Part shown: piece by piece, positions 47,984 through 57,483 of the stretch
How positions within the stretch are numbered: position 1 is the stretch's first letter
How the letters are laid out: each line of letters opens with the position of its first letter
Assembly (NCBI GenBank): GCA_964291415.2
Contig: OZ219919.1
Coordinates: 116,021-180,020, forward strand
DNA from: Alphaproteobacteria bacterium
GTDB lineage: Bacteria; Pseudomonadota; Alphaproteobacteria; SP197
Length of the DNA: 64,000 bases
Reading direction: 5' to 3'
Notes under the pieces: generated by a model
The model's input: the letters and a program-made list of their open reading frames with translations, nothing else
What the model was told of the DNA's origin: nothing
The model's database searches: none
Made by a program: the position numbers and the translations under genes

Positions 47984-49278
47984 GACACATGACCGGCGTG
48001 ACATTCCCGGGCAAGGCGGCCGATGGCGTCTTCCATTGCGGCAATCGTACGGGCGATGTCCTCGTCGTCGATAGCCGTGGAAACGTAGATCTTGGAGTCG
48101 GCCTTGAGAACGCCATTCTCCATGAGGAGAGCGTTGAATCGCTTCAGCATCCCGGCATTGCCAGCCAGCATGTCGCGGTGATTGCTGACGGCGCCATGGG
48201 TGAAGACGACATCGAACAGAGGAGGTTCGCCGACCACCCGGGCATCGATCCCGTTGTCAGCCAGGATCCTCTCGAGGGCCGCCATCAGGCGGCGGCCCGC
48301 GTCGAAGAGGCACTCAAAGACGCCGGGACGCGACAGGACACCGAGCGTTGCAAGACCGGCCATGGCCGCCACGGGATTGCCGGAGAGCGTGCCGACCTGC
48401 GGCACGAACCGCCCGGCGCCGGCCTGCTCGCTGTCGAAGGCGGCCATGATGTCCTCGCGTCCGGCAATGGCTGCGAGCGGGAAGCCGCCCCCGATCACCT
48501 TGCCGAGCGTACAGAGGTCCGGAACCACACCGTAGTACTCCTGGGCGCCACCCATGCCCAGCCGGAATCCCGTGACCACCTCGTCGAACACGAGGAGCAC
48601 ATCGTGTTCTCGCGTCAGGTCCCGCAGGGCGGCAAGGAATCCCGGCTGCGGCGGGATCAGCCGCTGCATGGGCTCGAGAAACACCGCCGCGATCTCGGAT
48701 CCGTACTCCCTCAAGAGACTTTCCACCGCGCCTGCATCGTTGAACGGCGCCACAAGGATCGTGTCCCTCACTGTGTCGGGAATGCCCGCGGAATCGGGAA
48801 TCGGGCGGGGAGAGTTTCCGGACGTTCTCGGCGCGAGGCTCATCAATGCGTAGTCGCTGTAGCCGTGGTAGCCGCCCTCGAACTTCAGGATTTTCGGACG
48901 TCCCGTATGGGCCCGGGCAAGGCGCATGGCAAAGGCATCGGCCTCGGATCCTGTGCTCGTGAAACGAACCTTCTCAGCAACCGGCACGGCGTCGATGATG
49001 GCTTCGGCCAGAGCGATGCCCTCGGGATTGCTGGCAAAGAACGTCGTTCCCGTCTCGATCTGGCGGCGCACGGCGCTCGTGACCTCGGGATGGGCATGCC
49101 CGATGAGCATGGGCCCCGATCCGATGAGATAGTCGATGTACTCGCGGCCTTCGTCATCCCACACACGGCTGCCGCTGCCCCGGGCAATAACGAGATCTCT
49201 GGTGACGTTGCCGAACGTGCCGCCGGGAAGAGCCCGCGCGGCTCTCTGGCGGATAGAAGACTGCGCACCCAGTGTCAT
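47980..49278 (-). CDS. Class III aminotransferase, glutamate-1-semialdehyde aminomutase-like
   Basis: ILKFEGGYHG, FDEVVTGFR, LGKVIGGGFP, GTLSGNP. Confidence 0.9.
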   Translation of the reverse strand: MTLGAQSSIRQRAARALPGGTFGNVTRDLVIARGSGSRVWDDEGREYIDYLIGSGPMLIGHAHPEVTSAVRRQIETGTTFFASNPEGIALAEAIIDAVPVAEKVRFTSTGSEADAFAMRLARAHTGRPKILKFEGGYHGYSDYALMSLAPRTSGNSPRPIPDSAGIPDTVRDTILVAPFNDAGAVESLLREYGSEIAAVFLEPMQRLIPPQPGFLAALRDLTREHDVLLVFDEVVTGFRLGMGGAQEYYGVVPDLCTLGKVIGGGFPLAAIAGREDIMAAFDSEQAGAGRFVPQVGTLSGNPVAAMAGLATLGVLSRPGVFECLFDAGRRLMAALERILADNGIDARVVGEPPLFDVVFTHGAVSNHRDMLAGNAGMLKRFNALLMENGVLKADSKIYVSTAIDDEDIARTIAAMEDAIGRLARECHAGHVS

Positions 49279-49367
49279 GCCTGCCACCGCGACCGTGTCC
49301 GACTCCAGGGGGCACGATATCGGCCAATCCGTGCTACACAAGAGGGAAGACGAGTCCAGGGCCCCGC

Positions 49368-50274
49368 ATGACGTCCCTCCCCCTTGCGCTCTACGATTCC
49401 TTCAGCGACACCGCATTCGGGGGCAGCCAGGCCGCTGTCGTTTCAGGCGCCGGAGTCCTGGATGAGGCCACCATGGCACGTGTCGCCGGTGAACTCGGCT
49501 ACCCGGCCGTGTGTTTCGTTGCTGCCGCAAAGAGGGAATGTGTCGAGGCGCGTTTCCGCTCGACCGTCATGGAGCTCCCGATGTGCGGTCATGGCACCAT
49601 CGCCCTCATGACGCGCCTGGTCGAACAGGGTCACGTCACGGTGCCCTCCAGGGTGGAGCTTCGCCTTCCCGGCTCCCGGGCGCACGTCACCGTCTCGGCT
49701 GGCGCGGACGGCAGGCCGCTGGTCATGCTGGAGGTCTCCCCGCCATCGTTTCGCCGGGACGATGTCGACCGGGGTCGCCTTGCCGGTCTCCTTGGTCTCG
49801 AGCCGGACGTCATCGCCCGGGACCATCCCCTGGAAACCGTCTGTGGCGACTTCGTTCATCTCGTCGTGCCGTTTGCCCGGTCTTGATGCCATGGAGCGCG
49901 TGCGTCCCGATTTTCCGGGGATCGTGGCCCTGTGCCGCGACCACGGAATTGAGACCGTGGCACTCTTCACGACTGAAACCCTGGATCCGGCGTCGACGCT
50001 CCACGTCCGCGACTTCTGCCCCGCCGTCGGGGTGGCCGAGTCCGCCGCCGCGGGGACCACCAACGCCGCCCTCGCCAGCTACCTGGTACGCCACCGCATC
50101 GTATCGCCGGACGCGAGCGCCCGTGTCGAAGTCAGGGCCGAACAGGGTGTCGAAATCGGCCGGGCAAGCAGGATTGTCTCGCGCGCCGTCATCGAGGACG
50201 ATGCCGTCACACGTCTCGACGTCGGTGGCGTGGCCACCAGGACCGTCGAGGGTCTGCTCCACCTGCCGCCATGA
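49368..50274 (+). pseudogene. PhzF family epimerase/isomerase with a single +1 frameshift
   Basis: First half DSFSD..GGSQAAVV, ELPMCGHGTIA; second half RDFCP.VGVAE.AAAGT, EQG.E.GR.S. An extra T at 49872-49874 breaks the frame. Confidence 0.8.
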
Positions 50275-51980
50275 CCGACAGCAATCTCTCCGCTTCCAGG
50301 GTCTTCGCCGCCGCCTTCGCTCGCCACGGGGTCGACACCATCTTCGGCCAGTCGATTCCCTCGGCATTCTTCCTGGCAACCCCGGAGTTCGGCATCCGCC
50401 AGATGACCTATCGCACCGAGAACGCCGGCGCCGTGATGGCCGATGCCTACGCCCGGATTTCCCGCAAGGTCGGTGTCGTCGCCGCTCAGAACGGACCGGC
50501 GGCGACACTGCTGGTGGCCGGGCTGGCCGAGGCCTTGACGGCATCCTCTCCGGTGGTGGCCCTGGTCCAGGACACGCCCCCCTTGTGGCGGGACCGCAAT
50601 GCCTTCCAGGAACTCGATCATCCCGAACTGTTCAAGGGCTGCGCCAAGTGGGTGCGCAGAATCGAGGACACCCGGCGCATCGACGACTACGTCGACATGG
50701 CCTTCCGCCAGGCTGCCGGCGGGCGTCCCGGCCCGGCCGTTCTCCTGGCGCCGGTCAACGTGATGGAAGCGCCCCGGGCGGCAAGTTCCGGTCGCCGGCA
50801 GTCTCTGGGCCAGGTGCCCCTCGACCGGCCCGTCGCCAACCGGGATGCAATCGCCCGGGCAGCGCGGCTGATCGCCGGCGCCGAGAGGCCCGTCGTCTGG
50901 GCCGGCGGCGGCGTGCATCTTTCCGGCGCCGCCGACGTCCTCGCCACGCTCCAGGAGAAGGCCCATCTTCCGGTGGCCACCACGACCATGGGAAAGGGGG
51001 CCGTGGACGACGCGCACCCCCTCACGATCGGCGTGGTCGGGTACTACATGGGCAAGGGTTCCGCCACACAACGGCTCGCCCCGCTGATCAGCGAGGCCGA
51101 TGTCGTCGTGGCCGTCGGCAACCGCACCAACCAGAACGGCACGGATTCCTGGCAGCTGCTGTCGCCGGACACGACGCTCATTCACATCGACATCGATCCC
51201 CAGGAAATCGGACGCACCTACGAGGCGGTGCGCCTCGTCGGCGATGCCCGCGAAACGCTCGCCGCCCTCTCGGCTGACCTGCTCGCCGGCGATCTCGCCC
51301 TGAGGGCCCGCCGCCGGCCTGCTCTTGAAGCCCGGATCGCCGAAGCGCGACTCAGTCATCGCGAGGAGACCGCACCTCTTGCCGCCTCGGCGGCACGGCC
51401 GGTCAGGCCCGAACGCCTGATGGCCGACCTCGACCGGCAGCTGTCGGAGGACCACATCCTGGTGGCGGATGCGAGCTACGCCTCGATCTGGCTGTGCAAC
51501 AACCTTGCCAGCCGGCGGCCCGGCCAGCGGTTCCTCACGCCGCGGGGCATGGCCGGTCTTGGCTGGGGCCTGCCCATGGCGATCGGCGCCAGGCTGGCCA
51601 GGCCCTGCGCACCCGTGTTCGCCCTCGTCGGCGACGGCGGATTCGCCCACGTCTGGGCCGAACTCGAAACGGCTCGACGGCTTGGCACCCATGTCGTCGT
51701 CACCGTGCTCAACAACGAGATTCTCGGCTACCAGAAGCACGCCGAACTTCATCGCTACAACGCCCACACCGACGCCGTCGCCTTCACCAGCGTCGATCAC
51801 GCGGCCATTGCCGAGGCCACCGGCTGCCGGGGCGTGCGCATCACCGATCCTGCGGACTACGCACCGGCCCTGGCCGAAGCCTTCGCCCGGACAGACCGGG
51901 TGACGACAGTGATCGATGTTCTCACCGAGCCCGAGGCCTTCCCGCCCATCACGGCCTTTGGAGACGGGCCGCTCGCCTGA
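50271..51980 (+). CDS. ThDP enzyme, acetolactate synthase large-subunit-like
   Basis: RTENAG, QNGPAA, AFQELD, GLGWGLP, GDGGF..NN. Confidence 0.9.
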   Translation: MTDSNLSASRVFAAAFARHGVDTIFGQSIPSAFFLATPEFGIRQMTYRTENAGAVMADAYARISRKVGVVAAQNGPAATLLVAGLAEALTASSPVVALVQDTPPLWRDRNAFQELDHPELFKGCAKWVRRIEDTRRIDDYVDMAFRQAAGGRPGPAVLLAPVNVMEAPRAASSGRRQSLGQVPLDRPVANRDAIARAARLIAGAERPVVWAGGGVHLSGAADVLATLQEKAHLPVATTTMGKGAVDDAHPLTIGVVGYYMGKGSATQRLAPLISEADVVVAVGNRTNQNGTDSWQLLSPDTTLIHIDIDPQEIGRTYEAVRLVGDARETLAALSADLLAGDLALRARRRPALEARIAEARLSHREETAPLAASAARPVRPERLMADLDRQLSEDHILVADASYASIWLCNNLASRRPGQRFLTPRGMAGLGWGLPMAIGARLARPCAPVFALVGDGGFAHVWAELETARRLGTHVVVTVLNNEILGYQKHAELHRYNAHTDAVAFTSVDHAAIAEATGCRGVRITDPADYAPALAEAFARTDRVTTVIDVLTEPEAFPPITAFGDGPLA

Positions 51981-52066
51981 CGGAGTCGAGAGGATTCCGG
52001 TGACGCTTGCCGGCGGCATGACAACATCCGTATTCTCAACCTCGGGCCAGGGGGTCATCCAGGCAC

Positions 52067-53044
52067 ATGCGGCACCGTTCCCCCGGCGACGGAACGACAG
52101 ACCCGGGCGGCGGTTACCGAAACGCGCCCGTCACCGCGATCGGACTGTGGCTGTTCGCCACCATCCTCTTCATGGGGCAGATGGCGGCCCTGAAGTGGCT
52201 CTCCACGGACTACCATTTCTCGCAGATCCTGTTCATGCGCTCGGTGGTCGTGGTGGCCGGCACCACGCTCCTGCTGTTGCGCGGTCCGGGCCTCGGCACT
52301 CCGTTCAGGACCCGGCGCTGGCGCATGCATGTCCTGAGATTCCTCTGCTTCTTCGCCGCGCTCAGCTGCTTCATCGAGGCGGTACGCCACATCTCGCTTC
52401 CCGACGCCACGGCGGTCGCCTTTGCCTCGCCCCTGCTGATGACCGCACTCAGCGTGCCGCTCCTCGGGGAGCGGGTCGGCCCGCGCCGCTGGGCCGCGGT
52501 CGGTATCGGACTGTGCGGAGTCCTCGTCATCGTCAATCCCTCGACGGGCATTTTCCAGATCGCGGCGTTGTGGGCGCTCTGCTCGGCCCTCGCCTATGCC
52601 CTTGCCATCATCGTCACGAGGATCGTGAGCCGGACCGAAGATGCGACCACCACGGTCTTCCTGCTGAACGGCATCTATGTGATTTCCATGCCCGTGTTCG
52701 CTCCCTTCGAGTGGATCATGCCCTCGGGCGAGGCCCTTTTCCTGATGGTCGCGTGCGGGGTCACGGTCATGATCGCCCAGCTCACGGCGGTCCGGGCCTG
52801 TGCCCTGGCTCCACCCCAGGTCCTGGCGCCCTTCGACTACACGGCCATGATCTGGGCCGTCGTGTTCGGCTATCTCATCTGGGGCGATCTGCCCGACTGG
52901 ACCGTGGTCATCGGCGCCGCCGTCCTGGTCATCAGCGGCCTCTACGTCTTGTGGCGCGAGTCCCAGGTCCAGAAAACGGGGCCTGTCGTCAACGCCGCCA
53001 AAGAACTAGGTTCTGCGAAGAGGCAAGATGGAAGGGCATCATGA
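52067..53044 (+). CDS. DMT/EamA transporter
   Basis: About 10 TM segments, LLGERVG.RRW.AV, LAPFDYT..WA..FG. Confidence 0.9.
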   Translation: MRHRSPGDGTTDPGGGYRNAPVTAIGLWLFATILFMGQMAALKWLSTDYHFSQILFMRSVVVVAGTTLLLLRGPGLGTPFRTRRWRMHVLRFLCFFAALSCFIEAVRHISLPDATAVAFASPLLMTALSVPLLGERVGPRRWAAVGIGLCGVLVIVNPSTGIFQIAALWALCSALAYALAIIVTRIVSRTEDATTTVFLLNGIYVISMPVFAPFEWIMPSGEALFLMVACGVTVMIAQLTAVRACALAPPQVLAPFDYTAMIWAVVFGYLIWGDLPDWTVVIGAAVLVISGLYVLWRESQVQKTGPVVNAAKELGSAKRQDGRAS

Positions 53045-53823
53045 CAAGGAGCGTTCGCACGCGGATCGACGGTCACATCCTGGAGATCACCCTCGACAAC
53101 CCGAAGGCCAACGCCATCGGGGCGGCGACCAGTCGCGAGATGAACGATGCCTTCGAGCGGTTCCACGAGGACCCGGACCTCCGCGTCGCCATCCTGACCG
53201 GTGCGGGTGACCGGTTCTTCTGCACCGGCTGGGATCTCAACGAGGGCGCCGAGGACGAGCCCGACCGGAGTTACGGGCGCTGGGGTTTCGGCGGGCTGTC
53301 ACGCAATTTCGATCTCGAGAAGCCCGTCATCATGGCCGTCAACGGCTACTGCGTGGCCGGCGGATTCGAACTTGCCCTGGCCGGTGACATTCTCGTGGCG
53401 TCCCGGAATGCCGTCTTCTTTCTCTCGGAAGTCAATGTCGGGCTGACCACCGGCGCAGCGAGTGTGCCGCGCCTGCTCTCCAGGCTGCCGCGCAGCGTCG
53501 CCCTCGAGATGCTCTACACCGGCCGGCGGATGGATGCCCAGGAAGCCTTCGATCTGCGCCTGGTGAGCCGGCTGACTCCGGAGGGCGAGGTCATGGATGC
53601 GGCCAGGGACATCGCCCGGGACATCGCCGCCGCTGCTCCGCTGTCGGTGCGCGCGGAAAAGCAGATGGTCAACATGGCCGGCGATCTGCCGCCCCGGGAA
53701 GCGGCGCGACTCGACTCCGAGGGCCGTTTCACCATGATTTCCCGGGTTCAGGAATCAGAGGATGCCAAGGAAGGGGCCCGTGCCTTCATCGAAAAGCGTC
53801 CGCCCGTGTGGAAGGGTCGCTAA
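53041..53823 (+). CDS. Enoyl-CoA hydratase, carnitinyl-CoA dehydratase (CaiD)-like
   Basis: LDNPKANAI, FCTGWDL, KPVIMAVNG..AGGFELAL, SEDAKEG.RAF.EKR.P.W.GR. Confidence 0.9.
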   Translation: MTRSVRTRIDGHILEITLDNPKANAIGAATSREMNDAFERFHEDPDLRVAILTGAGDRFFCTGWDLNEGAEDEPDRSYGRWGFGGLSRNFDLEKPVIMAVNGYCVAGGFELALAGDILVASRNAVFFLSEVNVGLTTGAASVPRLLSRLPRSVALEMLYTGRRMDAQEAFDLRLVSRLTPEGEVMDAARDIARDIAAAAPLSVRAEKQMVNMAGDLPPREAARLDSEGRFTMISRVQESEDAKEGARAFIEKRPPVWKGR

Positions 53824-53886
53824 GGCGGGATTTGCCGCCAGCCTCGAGGCGGACTAAACAAGGACAAGGTTCAAGGGAGGAAGAAG

Positions 53887-54666
53887 ATGCTCGTCGTCGT
53901 GTCGCCTGCCAAGGCCCTCAACTTCGAAGACCCCGATCCCGGGATCGCCTGGACCAGGCCACTGCTGATGGCCCAGACCCGCGAACTGATGAAGACCACG
54001 CGCACACTCAGCGCCGTCGACCTTGCGGGCCTCATGGGGCTCTCGGAGAAACTCGCCGATCTCAACCGTGACCGCTTCCACGCGTTCCGCCTCGAACACA
54101 CGCCGGAGAATGCGAAACAGGCCGTCCTCGCCTTCGCCGGCGACACCTACCGCGGGCTCGACGCCGCCAGCCTGTCAGCCGACGACCTCGACCACGCGCA
54201 GACGCATCTGCGCATCATTTCGGGCCTCTACGGCGTGCTGCGGCCGCTGGATCTCATCCAGCCCTATCGCCTGGAAATGGGAACGCGGCTCAACACGCCC
54301 CGGGGTCACAGTCTCTACGATTTCTGGGGCGACAGGATTGCCCGCGCCCTCAATCGCGATCTCAAGCACATGGAGTCGCGCGTTGTCCTCAATGCGGCGT
54401 CGAAGGAGTACTTCGGCGCCATCCCTGCGGACCGGCTGAAGGCTCCCGTCATCACGCCGGTGTTCAAGGAGATGAGAAAAGGCGTGGCGCGGACCCTGGG
54501 ATTCACCGCCAAGGTGGCCCGCGGCATGATCGCGCGCCACGTCATCCGCAACCGGATCGACAGCATCGAGGATCTCAAGTCCTTCGATGCCGACGGCTAC
54601 CGCTTCGATCCCGGTTCATCGACGGCGTCGACCTTCGTCTTCATCCGGGAACCCCGGCCGAACTGA
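53887..54666 (+). CDS. yaaA: Peroxide stress protein YaaA
   Basis: SPAK, AF.GDTY.GL, ISGLYGVLRPLDLIQPYRLEMG, ASKEY, AK.ARG. Confidence 0.93.
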   Translation: MLVVVSPAKALNFEDPDPGIAWTRPLLMAQTRELMKTTRTLSAVDLAGLMGLSEKLADLNRDRFHAFRLEHTPENAKQAVLAFAGDTYRGLDAASLSADDLDHAQTHLRIISGLYGVLRPLDLIQPYRLEMGTRLNTPRGHSLYDFWGDRIARALNRDLKHMESRVVLNAASKEYFGAIPADRLKAPVITPVFKEMRKGVARTLGFTAKVARGMIARHVIRNRIDSIEDLKSFDADGYRFDPGSSTASTFVFIREPRPN

Positions 54667-54686
54667 AGCGGAGTTCCGTAGACGCG

Positions 54687-55541
54687 TCATTTCCCCGGAG
54701 TGCCCAGCAGCTTCGTGGCGACGGCGAGGAGGCCCGGCCAGTTGTCGGCCCAGCAGCACCCGTGATCGTAGCCGGGCACGACGATCACCTGGCTTTGCGA
54801 CATCACCGGCATGCGGGCAAGGTAGCTGTCGATGACCTCCCTCCCCACGGTCGTGTCGAGTTCGCCCAGAAAGTGAACCTGGGGAATGTTCCTGATCACG
54901 TCCGCCACGTCGGCTGCGTTGAGGGAACCGGTGAGTGCGGACACGCCCTGGGAGACCGTCCATCGCCTGTGATCGAGATTGCCGCCAATGGTGATGATGC
55001 CGGTGACATCGTTTCGTCGGGCCGCGGCAAGAATGGCCAGCTGGGCGCCTCCCGAGTAGCCGACCAGGCGAAGCCTGTCGGCGCCGGCACGGCGCTTGAG
55101 GGTATCGAGGGCGGCATCGATGGCTTCGACGACATCCTCCCCGTAGCGCGCCAGGGACCAGTATCGTTGATGGCAACCCGCAATTTGTGCGGCGTCGAGG
55201 TAGTGGCAGGGACGCGCCAGATAGGCCGCATCGCCGGGGTCCCTCACCGCCAGCTTGAGAACCCGCACGGTGCGGGGCGTGGGATCGGCTGCCAGTTCCG
55301 TGCGCGAGATCCAGGACCGGCCGTCTCCCTCGATGTAGACCGTCAGGTCGCCCGTGCCGCGCCACACGAAGGGTCTGTACGTCAGGAGGCTGAATCGGCC
55401 CGCCGCCAGCCAGGAACCGGCCCAGCCATGGAGATGTGCCAGCGAATCGGCTGCGGCCTTCGCGGCCGACTCGCCGGCCGCCGCGCCTCCGCAGGCGAGA
55501 AGGGAAAGGACGACCGGGAAAGCGAGAACTGCGGCCCTCAT
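54687..55541 (-). CDS. Lipoprotein alpha/beta hydrolase
   Basis: Lipobox LLAC, VYIEGDG, YLARPC, GYSGG, GNLDH. Confidence 0.85.
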   Translation of the reverse strand: MRAAVLAFPVVLSLLACGGAAAGESAAKAAADSLAHLHGWAGSWLAAGRFSLLTYRPFVWRGTGDLTVYIEGDGRSWISRTELAADPTPRTVRVLKLAVRDPGDAAYLARPCHYLDAAQIAGCHQRYWSLARYGEDVVEAIDAALDTLKRRAGADRLRLVGYSGGAQLAILAAARRNDVTGIITIGGNLDHRRWTVSQGVSALTGSLNAADVADVIRNIPQVHFLGELDTTVGREVIDSYLARMPVMSQSQVIVVPGYDHGCCWADNWPGLLAVATKLLGTPGK

Positions 55542-56470
55542 GTGCCCAGCGGCGGAACCACGCCCGTGGTCTCGACAATCAGCCCATAGTGCTCGGTGCG
55601 CCGGTGGGCGGCAAAATTGAAGACATTGGCCTTGATGTAGGCGCCCGCGTCGAGGTCACAGTCGGCCACGATCAATTCGTCATCGAGACTGCTGGCCTGC
55701 GCCGCGATTTCACCGTTGGGGGTGACTATGGCGCTGGAACCCATCATGTGCACTCCATCCTCGAGGCCTGCCTTCGCCACGCCGACCACCCATGTTCCGT
55801 TCTGGTAGGCGCCGGCCTGCATGGTCAGGAGATTGTGATGGATGCGCAGGTGCGGCGGCTCGAAGGCCTGGCCATTGAGTGTCGGCGTGTTGTAGCCGAT
55901 GAGGACCAGCTCGACTCCCTGAAGACCGAGGACCCGGAAGGCCTCGGGCCAGCGCCGGTCGTTGCAGATCAGCATGCCGATCCGCCCGCCCATGGTGTCC
56001 CAGACCCTGAACCCGAGATTGCCGACATCAAAGTAGCGCTTCTCGAGATGCTGGAACTGGCGATCGGGATCGTTTTCCGCATGACCCGGAAGGTGAATCT
56101 TGCGGTACCTGGCGACAATCCTGCCCTCCGGGTTCACCAGGATCGCCGTGTTGAACCGGCCGTCCTCGGCGATTTCGGCATAGCCCAGGTGAAAGCCGAT
56201 ACCGAGTTCGCGTGCCGTCTCGAAGAGCGGCAGGGTCTCGGGCCCCGGCATGGACGTCTCGTAGAAACCCGCCAGTTCCTCCTCGTCCTCGATCAGCCAG
56301 CGCGGAAAGAACGTCGTCAGCGCCAGTTCCGGAAAGACCACCAGCCGGCACCCTCGGGCATGGGCCTGTCGCATGAGGTCCACCATGCGCGCCACGGTCC
56401 TCGACCGCGGATCCGCGCGCGGCACCGGCCCCATCTGGGCGCCGCCAACTGTCATGATTCGCCTGCTCAA
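55538..56470 (-). CDS. N-carbamoyl-D-amino acid hydrolase (nitrilase superfamily)
   Basis: AQMGP, FPELALTTFFPRW, YRKIHLPGH, QHLEKRYF, ICNDRRWPE, GYNTP. Confidence 0.93.
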   Translation of the reverse strand: MSRRIMTVGGAQMGPVPRADPRSRTVARMVDLMRQAHARGCRLVVFPELALTTFFPRWLIEDEEELAGFYETSMPGPETLPLFETARELGIGFHLGYAEIAEDGRFNTAILVNPEGRIVARYRKIHLPGHAENDPDRQFQHLEKRYFDVGNLGFRVWDTMGGRIGMLICNDRRWPEAFRVLGLQGVELVLIGYNTPTLNGQAFEPPHLRIHHNLLTMQAGAYQNGTWVVGVAKAGLEDGVHMMGSSAIVTPNGEIAAQASSLDDELIVADCDLDAGAYIKANVFNFAAHRRTEHYGLIVETTGVVPPLGT

Positions 56471-57147
56471 GGGGGAGATCCTCCGTCCTGCCGGGTGCGG
56501 GTTGTCGCAAGGGCGTTGAGCGCCAGCGCCGTGGCCGCTCGCGTTGGCTCGATGACCGGCAGGCCAAGCCTTGCCTCGAGGCGGGCGTGGTAGCGGGCCA
56601 TGCCGGCACAGCCCATGATGATCACGCCGGCGCCGCGATCGTCCTTCAGCGCCGTGCCGGCCCGGACCATGCGTTCGAGAACCAGGTCCTCTGCCGAGAG
56701 CTCGGTCACGGCAAGGTCGATGGCCATGTCACCGGCCAGATGAGCGGAAAGCCCCAGGGAGGCGACATGGCGCCGGTGCCGGGCAACGGCCACCGGCAGG
56801 ATCGAAATGATGCCGAAGCGCTCACCTGTTGCCAGGGCTGCCGCATAGGCCGAGCCACCGATGCCGAAGACCGGCCGGCTGCGCACCTCCCGCGCGGCGC
56901 GGAGGCCCGGATCGCTGAAGCAGGCAATGACATAGGCGTCAGCCTCTTCCTCTTCGATGGCGCTGACGACGAGGCCCGAGACCTCGGCGATGTGACGGTC
57001 GGTCTCGACACCGGGTGGACCGTCGTCGAGGGTGATGCAGTCGATGACGGGCCCACCGGCGAAACGGAAGATCTCGAGAGCCTGTGACATCGCCGCGGTG
57101 ACGTCGCGGCTGCTGTTGGGATTGATGACGAGAACGCGCCTTTCCAT
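56467..57147 (-). CDS. Asp/Glu/hydantoin racemase
   Basis: VINPNSS..VT, IACFSDPG, MGCAGM. Confidence 0.92.
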   Translation of the reverse strand: MERRVLVINPNSSRDVTAAMSQALEIFRFAGGPVIDCITLDDGPPGVETDRHIAEVSGLVVSAIEEEEADAYVIACFSDPGLRAAREVRSRPVFGIGGSAYAAALATGERFGIISILPVAVARHRRHVASLGLSAHLAGDMAIDLAVTELSAEDLVLERMVRAGTALKDDRGAGVIIMGCAGMARYHARLEARLGLPVIEPTRAATALALNALATTRTRQDGGSPP

Positions 57148-57150
57148 GGC

Positions 57151-57483
57151 TCAGACCGGTCTGACGAACGCGCCATCCCCGGGACGGGAATGGACGTTCC
57201 GGCCATCGAAGGCCCTGCAACCACGCAACCAGGTCTCGCAGACCCGCCCCGAAAGCCCCATGCCGTGGAGGCCGTCGAACCCGGCGATCGAGCCGGCATG
57301 GGTCTGACCGTCCACGACCCCGGGAAACACCAGCTTTCCCTTGTGGTCGACCGTCTGCCGGGCAGCAGGGGGCTCGTTCGAACCGGTCGCGGCGATGACA
57401 CCGTCGACCACACCGGCCCAGCCGCTGTCCACCACACCCGCTGGCGTCACGAGATCGCCCCTGATGACGAGATCCATCGTCAT
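57151..57483 (-). pseudogene. Dihydroorotase/allantoinase-family gene with in-frame internal deletion (110 aa)
   Basis: N-terminus DLVIRG..PGVVDGQTHAG is joined directly to C-terminus GRV.ETWLRG..FDG..PGDG.FVRP. Confidence 0.8.

Noticed and set aside
47980-49278. Calling this gene hemL
   Set aside because: It lacks the PGGVNSPVR motif of true HemL and sits in a catabolic operon.
50079-52058. Long antisense ORFs (659 aa here; also 16865-18814, 22887-24455 and 2385-3893)
   Set aside because: They are shadow frames of clear genes on the opposite strand in high-GC DNA and carry no motifs.
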